Translations under genes and position numbers: made by a program
From: Microcoleus sp.
Lineage (GTDB): Bacteria; Cyanobacteriota; Cyanobacteriia; Cyanobacteriales; Microcoleaceae
Reading direction: 5' to 3'
Assembly (NCBI GenBank): GCA_042408215.1
Contig: JAYFMW010000006.1
Location: 320,001-384,000 of the forward strand
Length of the DNA stretch: 64,000 bases
In this document: positions 21,938-32,864 of the stretch, one piece after another
Layout of the letters: the number at the start of each line of letters is the position of its first letter
Numbering within the stretch: position 1 is the stretch's first letter
The notes under the pieces: model-generated
Seen by the model: the letters and a program-made list of their open reading frames with translations, nothing else
Told to the model about the DNA's origin: nothing
The model's database searches: none

Positions 21938-22897
21938 ATGCCGACATATACTGGAATTTCTAGCGAAGCTTTTCAGCATCCCCTCGATCGCCAAGCTGAG
22001 GAAGCGTTACGCAGCGTACCTGGATTTGACTTAATTGCCAGCAAATTTGTAGAATTTGTCTACGAACGACCGCAATTTGTTTACCTAATGGGAAATAGCA
22101 TTCAAGTCGGGCCGCGTCAATATGCCAGCATTTATCACATTTTTCGGGAATGCGTGCAGGCTTTAGATGTTTTTCCAGAACCCGGTTTGTTTGTTTCTCA
22201 AAATCCCTCAGTCAACAGTTATGCCCTGGGAAAAAACCAGCCCTATGTGGTATTAAATACTGGTCTTTTAGACTTATTGGATGAGGCCGAAATTCGGGTG
22301 GTACTGGCTCACGAGTTGGGACACATTAAATGCGGTCATCCAACTTTAAATCAAATGGCAATGTGGGCAATGAGCGTTGCTTCAACGATTGGCGAGATGA
22401 CTTTCGGTTTGGGAAATATGGTCGGCAGCGGTTTAATTTACGCTTTTTACGAGTGGCGACGCAAGGCTGAATTATCTGCCGATCGGGCTGGTTTGTTAGT
22501 CACAGATGATTTGAATAGTGTGATGAAAACGATGATGAAACTGGCGGGAGTTAGTAGTAAATATGCTAGTGAATGCAGTTTGCAAGAATTTATCCGCCAG
22601 TCTGATAACTATCAAGAGCTCGATCGCGACAACCTCAACCAAGTGTATAAATTTTTACTTTACAACGGCGGTTCTGGCGCGATGCTGAGTCACCCGTTTC
22701 CAGTGGAGCGCCTGCGATATTTGCGAGACTGGGAAAGTTCCGAGGAATATCGCCAAATCAAGCTGGGGAACTACAAACGGGCGGTATCTGAGGGTGCTGT
22801 TGATGTGAAGTCTCAAACACCTAACAGCGAAGCGGAGGCTCTGCGCCGTCAGATTGAAGAGTTGCAGCGGGAGATCGATCGGCGTAAATCGCGCTGA
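21938..22897 (+). CDS. M48 family metallopeptidase
   Basis: LAHELGH, AELSADRAG and SHP motifs. Confidence 0.9.
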   Translation: MPTYTGISSEAFQHPLDRQAEEALRSVPGFDLIASKFVEFVYERPQFVYLMGNSIQVGPRQYASIYHIFRECVQALDVFPEPGLFVSQNPSVNSYALGKNQPYVVLNTGLLDLLDEAEIRVVLAHELGHIKCGHPTLNQMAMWAMSVASTIGEMTFGLGNMVGSGLIYAFYEWRRKAELSADRAGLLVTDDLNSVMKTMMKLAGVSSKYASECSLQEFIRQSDNYQELDRDNLNQVYKFLLYNGGSGAMLSHPFPVERLRYLRDWESSEEYRQIKLGNYKRAVSEGAVDVKSQTPNSEAEALRRQIEELQREIDRRKSR

Positions 22898-22974
22898 ATG
22901 GTCAGTTCCTCGTCCCTAGGAAGAGCCTAGGAACCATTTAAACCCTCTGTGTATCTCGCTTGTAGCCGAGTTTC

Positions 22975-23074
22975 GATCCCCCTAAATCCCCCTTAAAAAG
23001 GGAGTAGGGTGTGAGTAGGGGGTGACGAAAGAGTGCTTCCGGTTCCCCCCTTTTTAAGGGGGGCTAGGGGGGAT
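22975..23074. repeat. REP-like hairpin element
   Basis: GATCCCCCTAAATCCCCCTTAAAAAGGG ... CCCCCTTTTTAAGGGGGGCTAGGGGGGATC. Confidence 0.8.
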
Positions 23075-23284
23075 CAAGTAGCTCATCGTTAGACAGATCG
23101 AGATTATTTGGGAAATTTAGCGGATTTGTGGCAGGGAGAAAGGTAAAAGGAAGGTGGGCAAGAGAGGGACTTACTCGCAACTCGCCTCCAATCTAAAAAC
23201 TGTCCTCTCCTTTCTGAAATCTGTTTCCTAGGAAGTGTAGTTTAAATGAAGATAAGCTTATAACTCAACCGGGCTAGGTAACAA

Positions 23285-23710
23285 ATGATTATTGATAAAG
23301 CAATGAATACTAACAACTCAACCTCTAAATTTTTCGGTAATGTGGGCAAAATTGCGATCGCCCTAACTCTGGTAGCCGCCGGTATGGCCTTTACAAATCC
23401 TGCTAGAGATAAGTATCTAACTTATGCTTCCGGCGTACTCCAAAACGAGCTGGAAAACACTGTGTGTAAAGATTCTCGCGTGCCGAAAGCTTTGAGCGGT
23501 GTTACAGATACTTTGATCGGCAGTTGCAAGAATTTACTGACTTCGCAGCGGGACACGATCGAACGCTTGCTCGACAATACAACCCAGCGTCAGAATTTTG
23601 GTGTTGCCAGTATTTACACCACTGAATTAGGCCAAAAAAGCTATCAAACAGTTGGAGTTTTTGGTAACTTTGTTACCCTACCGCCTGCTGCGAAAGAAGC
23701 TCAAAAATAA
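23285..23710 (+). CDS. DUF4359-like membrane-anchored protein
   Basis: TM segment followed by TNP...Y, and TQRQNFGVASIYTTE...TVGVFGNF. Confidence 0.75.
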   Translation: MIIDKAMNTNNSTSKFFGNVGKIAIALTLVAAGMAFTNPARDKYLTYASGVLQNELENTVCKDSRVPKALSGVTDTLIGSCKNLLTSQRDTIERLLDNTTQRQNFGVASIYTTELGQKSYQTVGVFGNFVTLPPAAKEAQK

Positions 23711-23732
23711 GATTAAATTAAGTTCAATTGTA

Positions 23733-23763
23733 GAAACCGGGTTTTGCAGAAAGCCCGGTTTTT
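23733..23763 (+). terminator. Rho-independent terminator
   Basis: AAACCGGGTTTT...AAAGCCCGGTTTTT. Confidence 0.6.
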
Positions 23764-23827
23764 ACTTAGGTAATTCTATGTAGAGCAAAATTTACAGGCG
23801 GCAGAAAGTCTCGCAACGGCTCAAAAA

Positions 23828-24727
23828 TTGGCGATGGAAGCTGCTGTGATTGTGCAAAAACCGCCTCATACTGTGGAAGTTTGGCATCAGTCGCAAAGTA
23901 AATGGCAACAGGCGATCGCACTTTTAGAAGCGATCGAGCCAACTACGCCTGTTTATAGTTTAGCTCAAAATAAGTTATCTAGTTACCGGGCGAATCAGGC
24001 TGTGATTAATCAAAGAGTTGCGATCGCTCAAAAAGCTGCAAATTTCAGCAATCAAGGTTCTTTGAAAATTCAAAAGGGAGATCTTCCAGGGGCGATCGCA
24101 AATTTCACTCAGGCTTTAGGGCTGAATCCCAACATACCTCAAGCTTACCTCGGATTGAGAATTGCTACTGCCAAACAGGGAAACAAGCAGCAGGCAATTT
24201 ACAATTACGATCGAGCGCTGCAATTTAATCCTCACTTGGCAGAAGCTTATTTTGGTCGCGGTCAAGTATACTATGAATTGGGAAATAAGCAAAGGGCGAT
24301 CGGCGATTACGAACAAGCTATTCGCGTTAATCCTAATTATGGTTTGGCTTATTTGGAACGAGGTGCTATTCGCTGTATGTTGGGAACTAAATCGCAAGCC
24401 GTAGCAGACTTTAACCAAGCGGTCGAACTTTTCTCAAAGCAGGGAGACGGCAAGAATTACCAATTAGCAAAAAACTTTATTAATGAGTGTAAAGAACCGA
24501 TTGTACAGGCTGTAATCTGCGATTATAGCAGGAACATAGACTCCTTGGGGCGACCCTGCGGTCGAGCTTTTAATGCTCCGATTATAATTAGAAGAAAATC
24601 CGCGAACAGGGCCTCAAACTCTGATTCTACTAATGTTAAAAGCAATAGCAGCGATGCCAAAATATCCCCGACTAATTCTGATAGCAGCAGCACCAGAACT
24701 CGCAGCAGGAGAAGAAGTAAAAGGTAA
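23828..24727 (+). CDS. Tetratricopeptide-repeat protein (possibly 5'-truncated)
   Basis: TPR repeats (AIANFTQAL, AEAYFGRG, AYLERG) and a Ser/Arg-rich tail; start uncertain. Confidence 0.75.
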   Translation: MAMEAAVIVQKPPHTVEVWHQSQSKWQQAIALLEAIEPTTPVYSLAQNKLSSYRANQAVINQRVAIAQKAANFSNQGSLKIQKGDLPGAIANFTQALGLNPNIPQAYLGLRIATAKQGNKQQAIYNYDRALQFNPHLAEAYFGRGQVYYELGNKQRAIGDYEQAIRVNPNYGLAYLERGAIRCMLGTKSQAVADFNQAVELFSKQGDGKNYQLAKNFINECKEPIVQAVICDYSRNIDSLGRPCGRAFNAPIIIRRKSANRASNSDSTNVKSNSSDAKISPTNSDSSSTRTRSRRRSKR

Positions 24728-24739
24728 ATCGCATTCCCA

Positions 24740-25918
24740 TTAGTTAATAGATGACAAAATCTGCTGGTAAGCATCAATAGTTTGTTGGGCGATCGCCTCC
24801 CAGTTATAATACTTTTTTGCATACTCTTGGCCGTTCAATCCCCGCCGTTGGCGCTCCTGTGGATCGAGAAGTGCTGATTTGATTAAATTGGCGATCGCCC
24901 CTACTTCCAAAGGCCCCACCCAACCAGCTTCTGCTTGCTGTATGTCTTCCCAAATATGTATGCGATCGGAAATGGCGACAGGTACACCGGCGGCCATTGC
25001 TTCTGCTACAGCAATGCCAAAGTTTTCGTAATAGGAAGGCAATACAAATAAGTCAGCATTTGTCAATAGTTCATTTTTTAAATCCCCGCCCACAAACCCA
25101 GTTATTGTTGTATATTTTGCCAAACTTGAATTCTGTATTTTTAGTTTTATGCCTGTTTCATAATCAGCATCTTGGGGATTTGAACCAGCTAAAATAAACT
25201 GAAACTCTATTCCCGCTTCTAAAATACTTTCTAATGCTGGAATTAGCAAATCAAGCCCTTTTTTAGGTTCAATTCGCGACATAAATAAGATGATTGGCAC
25301 TTGAGATTTTCGCAATCTCTGAGGAAACAAACCTGCTGTCACTCCCAATGGAATCACCAAATCCTGTGGCACAGACATCTTGCTTGTGCAGTCCAAACCA
25401 AATCTTTCTGAGATTTTAGCCTCTTCTTTACTTGTGAAATGAATTGCGGCTGCACCTGCTAAATTAGGGCCTTCTAAAACAGTACCATAAATCTGTTTTA
25501 ACAGCTTTTTCTTCTGCAAATCAGCCGGATCGAGCATACCGCAGGGACGGATAATGTACGGCAAATGATGATATCTTGCAATGGTAGCAGCGAGGGTAGT
25601 TACTGGTGAGAAAAGAGCGTGAATGTGAGCGAGATCAAATTGCCGTGCATTTGCATTTAACCACTGCAATAACGAGAGGGAAAATTTATATCTGCGGCTG
25701 GGAGAACAGCGGAAATAAATAATCTGATAGCCGTTTTGTTGTATTGGTTGATTTAGGGGAACATCTAAGGGAAGTTGACCGATATCTCCGTTAGAATTTG
25801 TGGTGATAATTGTCACATCAATGTTTTTGGAAGCGAGGGCGGCTGAAAGTCCGAGTACCATTTGACTCGGCCCGCCGTAGACGAGGGAAATTGAGGGGAT
25901 AATTTGGAGAATTCGCAT
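24740..25918 (-). CDS. hpsP: Hormogonium polysaccharide glycosyltransferase, GT4 (HpsP-like)
   Basis: MRILQIIPSISLVYGGPSQMV and ENFGIAVAEAMAAG; third gene of a GT2-GT4-GT4 cluster. Confidence 0.82.
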   Translation of the reverse strand: MRILQIIPSISLVYGGPSQMVLGLSAALASKNIDVTIITTNSNGDIGQLPLDVPLNQPIQQNGYQIIYFRCSPSRRYKFSLSLLQWLNANARQFDLAHIHALFSPVTTLAATIARYHHLPYIIRPCGMLDPADLQKKKLLKQIYGTVLEGPNLAGAAAIHFTSKEEAKISERFGLDCTSKMSVPQDLVIPLGVTAGLFPQRLRKSQVPIILFMSRIEPKKGLDLLIPALESILEAGIEFQFILAGSNPQDADYETGIKLKIQNSSLAKYTTITGFVGGDLKNELLTNADLFVLPSYYENFGIAVAEAMAAGVPVAISDRIHIWEDIQQAEAGWVGPLEVGAIANLIKSALLDPQERQRRGLNGQEYAKKYYNWEAIAQQTIDAYQQILSSIN

Positions 25919-25943
25919 TGTTAGCACTTTTTGTTATAGGTCG

Positions 25944-26111
25944 TAATACCAGTTTTTTATGAGGCTGCATAGAATCTGATCCCCCCTAACCCCCCTTAAT
26001 AAGGGGGGAACAAGATTCTGCTCAAAGTCAACCCCTACTCACACCCTACTCCCTTATTAAGGGGGATTTAGGGGGATCGAGATATATGCAACGACCCATT
26101 AAATTGGTATA
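25944..26111. repeat. MITE-like shell enclosing a REP hairpin
   Basis: TAATACCAGTTT...AAATTGGTATA ends around the CCCCCCTTAATAAGGGGG hairpin. Confidence 0.65.
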
Positions 26112-26228
26112 AGATTAAATGAACCGCGAAGGCGCTCATGACGCGAAGAATATCAAGAAGAAGATGCAGTTCTTCCTTCGCGCTAAGAGTGTATTCGCGG
26201 TTTAATCATATAGTTTTATTCCTCAATC

Positions 26229-27401
26229 TTAGGCAAACAACTCTTTATAAAACTCCAGCAATTGTTCAGCTAAAGCTTTATTTGTATAGTTATTCATAAC
26301 TCGATTATAACCCCGAACGCCCAAATCTGCCACCAACTCCGGCCGCTTCATCAATTCATGCAAACACTCTCGCAATTTCTCTGCATTTCCTTCGGGAAAT
26401 ATTAAGCCCGCATCTCCGATGACGTGGGGGATTTCTCCGCAGTCGGAACCGATAACCGGAATTTTACACGCCATCGCTTCGATTAAAACATGGCCAAATT
26501 GTTCTTTCCAACCGACAGTCGTTAAAGTTTTGAATTTATAACTTGTTTGCGATGGCAATACCAAACAATCCATCAAGTTAATATATGGGGGAACGTCTTC
26601 GTGGGAAACGCTTTCTACCCAGATTATTCGGTCGCTGATGCCCCATTCAAGAGATTTTTCGGCAATTTGCGATCGCAATTTTCCTTGCCCTACTAACAGC
26701 CATTTCCAAGGGTGTTTTTTCAAGCCAGCCAAAGCTGACGCCAAAGTTAACAACCCTTTCTCTTCGACAAACCGCCCCACATATCCTACCACAAAATCTG
26801 TAGGTTGAATGCCGAATTTTCGCGATAAATCAGCGTCTTTAGAAGTACGGTAAAACAAAGTTTCATCTACTCCCAATTGTGGCATTACTTCCATCGCACC
26901 TGTGTAGCCCCGCTGGCGCAAAATTTTAGCTCCATCCAGGTTTCCGGCAATAATTCCGTCGGTGTGTTGCAGATTGCAATCTTCTAACACAGAAGCAGGC
27001 CATTTCAATTGATAAGGTAAATTCCACCAGGTAAAAAATATATTTTTTGCTTTGAGATTGAGCAATTTATTTAGTAAAATTAACTGGGCATAGGCTAGGG
27101 ATTTTGAACCTTGTTCTACTTGGATAATCTGCGGTCTAAATTCATGCAAAAGTTTAATTATATCTGTGCAAAATGTTAGCAATCCTTGATTGTTTTGACT
27201 CAAATTGGAGATGGGAACTACTTTAAATGAGCCTTCTTGACAAAATTTCGTTTCTATAATTTTATTTTGTACGCCTCCTGGTTTCCAACGCTTCGGCACT
27301 ACAACTGTTACTTCTATACCGGGTTCTAGGTTTGCTAAAATCTTGAATTTTGCCCGATTTATGTCCACAATATAGGTGTGGCTGGCAACGAGTATTCTCA
27401 T
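26229..27401 (-). CDS. hpsO: Hormogonium polysaccharide glycosyltransferase, GT4 (HpsO-like)
   Basis: MRILVASHTYIV and WKEQFGHVLIEAMAC. Confidence 0.82.
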   Translation of the reverse strand: MRILVASHTYIVDINRAKFKILANLEPGIEVTVVVPKRWKPGGVQNKIIETKFCQEGSFKVVPISNLSQNNQGLLTFCTDIIKLLHEFRPQIIQVEQGSKSLAYAQLILLNKLLNLKAKNIFFTWWNLPYQLKWPASVLEDCNLQHTDGIIAGNLDGAKILRQRGYTGAMEVMPQLGVDETLFYRTSKDADLSRKFGIQPTDFVVGYVGRFVEEKGLLTLASALAGLKKHPWKWLLVGQGKLRSQIAEKSLEWGISDRIIWVESVSHEDVPPYINLMDCLVLPSQTSYKFKTLTTVGWKEQFGHVLIEAMACKIPVIGSDCGEIPHVIGDAGLIFPEGNAEKLRECLHELMKRPELVADLGVRGYNRVMNNYTNKALAEQLLEFYKELFA

Positions 27402-27490
27402 TTATTGGAATGGGGAATAGGGAATAGGGAATAGGGAATGGGGAATGGGGAATTGGGAATTGGGCATTGGGCATTGGGCCTAGGCATTAT

Positions 27491-28462
27491 TTATGCGTTA
27501 ATGTTGTCTTGATTGGTGTAAATTTGTTCATCCTTCCACAAGGATTTAATTATTGTATTGAGAACACTTATAAAACCGATAATGTAAAATGCAAATCTAG
27601 TGATGATTTTAATGGGCGATCGGCTTTTATAGCAAGGTGGATTTCCCAAAACATGGCAGTCAAACAGTTTGGCGAAAAATCGCAGACATTGAAAGACGGT
27701 TAAATTTTTTAATCCCATCAGGAAGTGGTTGTGATAAAATGTTATTTGATATTCGAGCGATCGCGTGCTGACATCGTGACACCCGCCACTCTCTTCCCCT
27801 AAGTGCACTAAACAGGCATTCGGATCGTACCAGATTTTAAAACCGGTCGATCGCAATCTCAAACAAAAATCCGACTCCTCCCGCACAGCACTACCTGCAA
27901 AGCGCTCATCGAAGCTCAAACCGTGCTCGGCAAAAATTGAGGAGCGAAAGGACATATTGCAGCCTCTAGCCGAGAGCACTTGCTGCGGTTTGACTGTATG
28001 TACCAAATCGATAAAATACCAAGCAATCCCTGCATCCATCGCTTCTGGTGGCAAATATTCGATCGCCAAATCGCCTCCAGAAAGATCCAATTTCATCCTA
28101 TCAAAAACCCTACCCGCCACACATCCCACATCCGGTTTTGCTAAATAGTTGCTAGCATGAGCCGCCAAAAAACCATTGGGTAACTGCACATCATCATCAA
28201 TAAATAAAATAATATCCCCAACTGCGCGCCGCACTGCATAATTGCGAGCTCCGGGCAAATTCGCCCAATTTACCCGAAACCATCGAATTTTGCCAGCATT
28301 TGCCAATTGTTCTAAATAAACTTGAGTTTCCGATTCATGGGTGCGAGTTTGATCGATTACTAAAATTTCAAAATTTGAGTAATTTTGTCCCATCAAATCA
28401 GCCAGCGTCTCTCGCAGGGTTTGCTCGCGGTTGTAGGTTGGTATCACAACAGAAATCATCAT
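27491..28462 (-). CDS. hpsN: Hormogonium polysaccharide glycosyltransferase, GT2 (HpsN-like)
   Basis: ISVVIPTYNR, FIDDD and GSAVREESDFC. Confidence 0.82.
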   Translation of the reverse strand: MMISVVIPTYNREQTLRETLADLMGQNYSNFEILVIDQTRTHESETQVYLEQLANAGKIRWFRVNWANLPGARNYAVRRAVGDIILFIDDDVQLPNGFLAAHASNYLAKPDVGCVAGRVFDRMKLDLSGGDLAIEYLPPEAMDAGIAWYFIDLVHTVKPQQVLSARGCNMSFRSSIFAEHGLSFDERFAGSAVREESDFCLRLRSTGFKIWYDPNACLVHLGEESGGCHDVSTRSLEYQITFYHNHFLMGLKNLTVFQCLRFFAKLFDCHVLGNPPCYKSRSPIKIITRFAFYIIGFISVLNTIIKSLWKDEQIYTNQDNINA

Positions 28463-28649
28463 TTTGAGTTTTTTATGAATGATTTAACCGCAGAGGGCGC
28501 AGAGGGCACAGAGGAAGAGAGGAGAGAGTTGAATAATTATGATGCTAGCGGATTTGAGCTAACTCATAAATGGGGAAAGCAAACTGGGAAGAGGAAGATA
28601 ATTACCAATTCCCCATTCCCGATTCTCGATTCCCCATGCCCAATTTTCA

Positions 28650-30110
28650 TCAAATAGCTTGGTATTTCTGAACTGCCAAAACTAAATTTTCAGTCCAAAA
28701 ATTAGCCAATTCATGGCTGGAAGCTTCCACCATGACTCGGATCAGCGGTTCAGTACCGGAAGCGCGGACTAGCACCCGTCCTTCTTCTCCCATTGCAGTT
28801 TTAGCACGCCCGATCGCCCCTTGCAAAGTCTCGCAATCGTGCCATTTCAGGCGTTTTTCCCGATCGTCAACTCGGACATTTCGCAGCAATTGGGGGTAAG
28901 TTTCAAAGCTGCCATCCACCAATTGTGCCAGTGGTTCCCCCGACTCGCGCACCAGGGAAGCCATATGCAAAGCAGTTAACAAACCGTCACCGCTGATACC
29001 GTAATGAGGACAAAGAATGTGTCCCGACTGTTCGCCGCCCAACATCGAACCGGTGCGCTGCATTTCAGCATGAACGTACTGATCTCCCACCGAAGTTCTA
29101 ATTAGTTTTCCCCCCAATTCTTCCCAAGCTCGCTCAAAGCCGAGGTTAGCCATTACAGTAGAAATAATTAAATTTTCCGGCAATTGTTGGCTGTGGCGCA
29201 AATGCCGCCCCCACAGATAAAGAATGTAATCGCCATCCATCGATCGACCTTGGTTGTCAACACCCAAAACTCGATCGGCATCGCCATCAAAAGCAAATCC
29301 CAAATCCGCATTGTGCTCTAAAACCGCAGCTTGCAAACTGTCGAGATGAGTAGAACCGCAGTTAACATTAATCCGATCGCCATCAGGAGAGTTGTGCAAA
29401 CAGATAACATCCGCCCCCATTTGCGCGAACACCGCATGGCCCAAGCGCGCCGCAGCCCCCCAAGCCAAATCCAAAACTATCCGCATTCCCCGCAAATTCA
29501 TTCCTTGCAGTGAACCCTCCAGGGAAGTGGCATAATCTTTAACCAACTCTGGCCGGTGGTGGTGGCGTCCCCAACCCAAGCTAGCAATGGGAACCTTGGC
29601 CCCCCGGATTCCCGCTTCGATTTGTTCCTGCAAATGCTGGGACAGCTTCGTGCCATTGGAACCGAAAAACTTAATCCCGTTATCTTCTGGGGGGTTGTGG
29701 GAAGCCGAAATCATCACTCCGCCGACAGACTCTGAAACGCTTGCCAGATAAGCAACACAGGGAGTAGGACACAATCCCAAATTCCACACTTCCAGCCCGG
29801 CTGCTGTCAAACCCGCTGACAATGCCATTGCTAGCATATCGCTGGAATTTCTGCTGTCTTGACCCAAAATCACCGGGCCTTGGTTGGGGGAATTTTGGCG
29901 TAAAACTTGTCCCGCCCAAAAGCCAATTTGCAGTGCTAGCGGTGCATTCAGCAATTCTCCAGCTTGGCCGCGAATGCCGTCTGTGCCGAATAGTTTGGTA
30001 TTTGGCAGCGAAACACTATTTCCCACCAGAATCGTATCGCGCTTAGCTGACTGTACTGAGTTAGCAGCCTGAAATTCGCTGCCGCGATGGCGCGAAGGTG
30101 TCTGAACCAT
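28650..30110 (-). CDS. glmM: Phosphoglucosamine mutase
   Basis: [29 protein letters not shown] and RASGTEP; GGAG Shine-Dalgarno before ATG at 30110. Confidence 0.95.
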   Translation of the reverse strand: MVQTPSRHRGSEFQAANSVQSAKRDTILVGNSVSLPNTKLFGTDGIRGQAGELLNAPLALQIGFWAGQVLRQNSPNQGPVILGQDSRNSSDMLAMALSAGLTAAGLEVWNLGLCPTPCVAYLASVSESVGGVMISASHNPPEDNGIKFFGSNGTKLSQHLQEQIEAGIRGAKVPIASLGWGRHHHRPELVKDYATSLEGSLQGMNLRGMRIVLDLAWGAAARLGHAVFAQMGADVICLHNSPDGDRINVNCGSTHLDSLQAAVLEHNADLGFAFDGDADRVLGVDNQGRSMDGDYILYLWGRHLRHSQQLPENLIISTVMANLGFERAWEELGGKLIRTSVGDQYVHAEMQRTGSMLGGEQSGHILCPHYGISGDGLLTALHMASLVRESGEPLAQLVDGSFETYPQLLRNVRVDDREKRLKWHDCETLQGAIGRAKTAMGEEGRVLVRASGTEPLIRVMVEASSHELANFWTENLVLAVQKYQAI

Positions 30111-30363
30111 ATTCACTCCTTTAGGAATATTCACACTCACACTTTGGAGTTTATGTTACAACTGAAAGTCTTTTTTTTTCAGCCTCAACTCCATTTATTG
30201 CTGGGATTGCTCCGGCAACCTGACACTTAACATTACCCTGACAAAAGTTTGATTATGTGTTGAATATACGCTATTTAATTAAACTTTCAGGTGGCTGAGC
30301 AGATTCTAGGATACCAGTTTAGTTGCAGGAGGCGGTGTCGCAGGCGGGTGGCACAGGCCGCTC

Positions 30364-30930
30364 TTAGGTTTCAACCCCTGTCGGACTGTCGGAACAGCGA
30401 ATATAAAATGTTAAAGCTGTATTGCCGTATACTTTATGACGGCAAATTTCTAGGCCGGAAATCGGGACAGCCGATCGACTGCGACTGTGTTCGATCGCTA
30501 TTTCGCCATTCGGTGCTAACATTTCTTGGCTGGCGATCGCATTTAAGACAGGCTCGTACAAGTCGCTGGCGTAGGGCGGATCGAAGTAAATGCGATCGAA
30601 CTGCTGTGGCGATAATGAGGCCAATTTGGCGATCGCATTTCCCCGCAATATGTGAAATTCTTGGGATGAATCTGCCACTTGCTCCCAATTTTGGCGGATA
30701 ATTGCACAAGCTTTCGCCGACTGTTCAATGCCAGTGACACTCGCAGCCCCGCGACACAAAGCTTCTGCACCCATCGAGCCACTGCCGGTACAAATGTCAA
30801 GCCATCTGCAATCGGCGATCGTCCCTTGCCAAATATTAAATAAAGCTTCTCTAACTCGCCCTGGTGTGGGGCGAGTTGCGAGTCCCGGCAGGGTTTTTAT
30901 TTGGCGGTTTCCACAGATTCTTAAACTCAT
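30364..30930 (-). CDS. rsmD: 16S rRNA (guanine966-N2) methyltransferase
   Basis: TRPTPGRVREALFN and YFDPPY. Confidence 0.92.
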   Translation of the reverse strand: MSLRICGNRQIKTLPGLATRPTPGRVREALFNIWQGTIADCRWLDICTGSGSMGAEALCRGAASVTGIEQSAKACAIIRQNWEQVADSSQEFHILRGNAIAKLASLSPQQFDRIYFDPPYASDLYEPVLNAIASQEMLAPNGEIAIEHSRSRSAVPISGLEICRHKVYGNTALTFYIRCSDSPTGVET

Positions 30931-30999
30931 TTAATCAGAAGAAGGAAGTTCGGCAACGGATTATGTAACGGATGTAACGGATGTCAGGAATAAGTAACT

Positions 31000-31454
31000 G
31001 AGGACACGGCAGTGCCGTGTCCCTACCCCAAAATAATCATGTAGGGAAACGGCATTGCCGTCTACTGATTTCGGTAATATTAATTGCGATGCCACAATCA
31101 TGTAGGGAAACGGCATTGCCGTCTCCTGATTTCGGTAATATTAATTGCGATGCCACCGTCAGTAATCGAGGACACAATATTGCCGTGTCCCTACCCCAAA
31201 ATAATCTTGTAGGGAAACGGCATTGCCGTGTCCTGATTTCGGTAATATTAATTGCGATGCCACCGTCAGTAATCGAGGACACAATATTGCCGTGTCCCTA
31301 CCCCAAAATAATCATGTAGGGAAACGGCAATGCCGTCTCCTGATTTCGGTAATATTAATTGCGATGCCACCGTCAGTAATCGAGGACACAATATTGCCGT
31401 GTCCCTACCCCAAAATAATCATGTAGGGAAACGGCATTGCCGTCTCCTGATTTC
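31000..31454. repeat. Tandem ~103-bp REP-containing repeat (about 4.5 units)
   Basis: Unit CCGTGTCCCTACCCCAAAATAATCATGTAGGGAAACGGCATTGCCGTC... repeated with near-identical linkers. Confidence 0.9.
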
Positions 31455-32087
31455 TTAAGCAACTACTTTTTCTCTCACCATACTGACAAAATTTGACAGC
31501 ATTTGCAATCCCGTACTCGAAGACTTTTCCGGGTGAAATTGTACAGCCATCAGATTGTCTTTAGCGATCGCCGCCGTCACATTTTGGCTACCGTGAGTCA
31601 CCATTGCCGATCGCACCTGTGTGTCAACCGGATCGACATAATAAGAATGCACAAAATAAACCCAAGGTTCAGCAGGTAAATTTTGCCACAGCGCCAAATC
31701 CTGAGTAAATTCCAATTGATTCCATCCCATGTGCGGAATTGTTAACCCAGGTTCCGATCGAAACCTGCGTACAGTACCTTGAATAATTCCTAATCCCGGT
31801 TCCGTACCTTCTTCGGAACTTTCAAACAGGATTTGCAAACCCAAACAGATGCCTAAAAAAGGTTTTCCAGAGGCGATCGCACTTTTAATCGGTTCTATCA
31901 AATTGCGCGATCGCAAATGCTGCATCGCCGGGTCAAAGGAACCCACTCCCGGCAAAACCACCGCATCAGCCTGCTCGATTATAGCGGGAGAATCCGTAAT
32001 TTTTGGCACTGCACCCACATTTTCCAAGCCTTTACAGACCGAGTGCAGATTGCCCATGTCATAGTCTACTACTGCAATGACAGACAT
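31455..32087 (-). CDS. hisH: Imidazole glycerol phosphate synthase, glutaminase subunit
   Basis: DYDMGNL, LPGVG, GICLG and QFHPEKS. Confidence 0.96.
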   Translation of the reverse strand: MSVIAVVDYDMGNLHSVCKGLENVGAVPKITDSPAIIEQADAVVLPGVGSFDPAMQHLRSRNLIEPIKSAIASGKPFLGICLGLQILFESSEEGTEPGLGIIQGTVRRFRSEPGLTIPHMGWNQLEFTQDLALWQNLPAEPWVYFVHSYYVDPVDTQVRSAMVTHGSQNVTAAIAKDNLMAVQFHPEKSSSTGLQMLSNFVSMVREKVVA

Positions 32088-32230
32088 TGACTTACTTGCC
32101 TTATATTATTAATAGAACTATTCTTGCATACAATTAGTCAGTTGTTATTGGTTATTTGTGATTGGTTATTTGTTACTTCCAATGCCCAATGCCCAATGCC
32201 CAATGCCCAATGCCCAATTCCCAATCATTT

Positions 32231-32746
32231 ATGACTAACAAAATCCTGCTAACATCCTTCGACACTTGGCAACCCCATCAAAAATCCAACTCTTCTGACG
32301 ACTTATTAGCCAGAATTTCCCAGATTAAATCTTTGCCTTACTCCCTGACTTTCTTGAGGAAACTGCCAGTAGATTTCCAGCTAGCACCAAATTTAGCGAT
32401 CGCCCAAATCAACCAAATCCAACCAGACACCATCATCTGCTGCGGTATGGCAGAAAGTTCCCAGAAATTAACCTTAGAATCTGGCGCTTGCTGCGATAAA
32501 AACATTCTCAAAACAGCAGTTAATCTCGAAGATCTAATTACTGATTTACCCACAACCCTAATTAGTCATAATGCCGGAAAATTTGTTTGCGAAGCCCTTT
32601 ATTATGCAGTTTTAAAACACCTTGCCGATGCTCAACTTAGCACCAAATGTATTTTCCTACACGTCCCAATTTTAACAGTAGAAAATACAGACATAATTAT
32701 GGCAGATTTTTTATTAATTCTAAATCGCCTAACAATTGACAAATAA
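32231..32746 (+). CDS. Pyroglutamyl-peptidase I (peptidase C15) family protein
   Basis: ILLTSF, SHNAGKFVCE and FLHVP. Confidence 0.85.
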   Translation: MTNKILLTSFDTWQPHQKSNSSDDLLARISQIKSLPYSLTFLRKLPVDFQLAPNLAIAQINQIQPDTIICCGMAESSQKLTLESGACCDKNILKTAVNLEDLITDLPTTLISHNAGKFVCEALYYAVLKHLADAQLSTKCIFLHVPILTVENTDIIMADFLLILNRLTIDK

Positions 32747-32864
32747 TAACAGACTCTTCGACTCTTCGACCCTTCGACGAAGGGCTCAGGGCACCGATCG
32801 CGCTCCCTGAGCGTAGTCGAAGGGCATCGCAATTGACAACTGCCAACTGACAATTGCCAACGTT

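Noticed and set aside
31000..31454. Possible CRISPR array
   Set aside because: The sequence between palindromes is near-identical in each unit, so there are no unique spacers; no cas genes. It is a tandem REP repeat.
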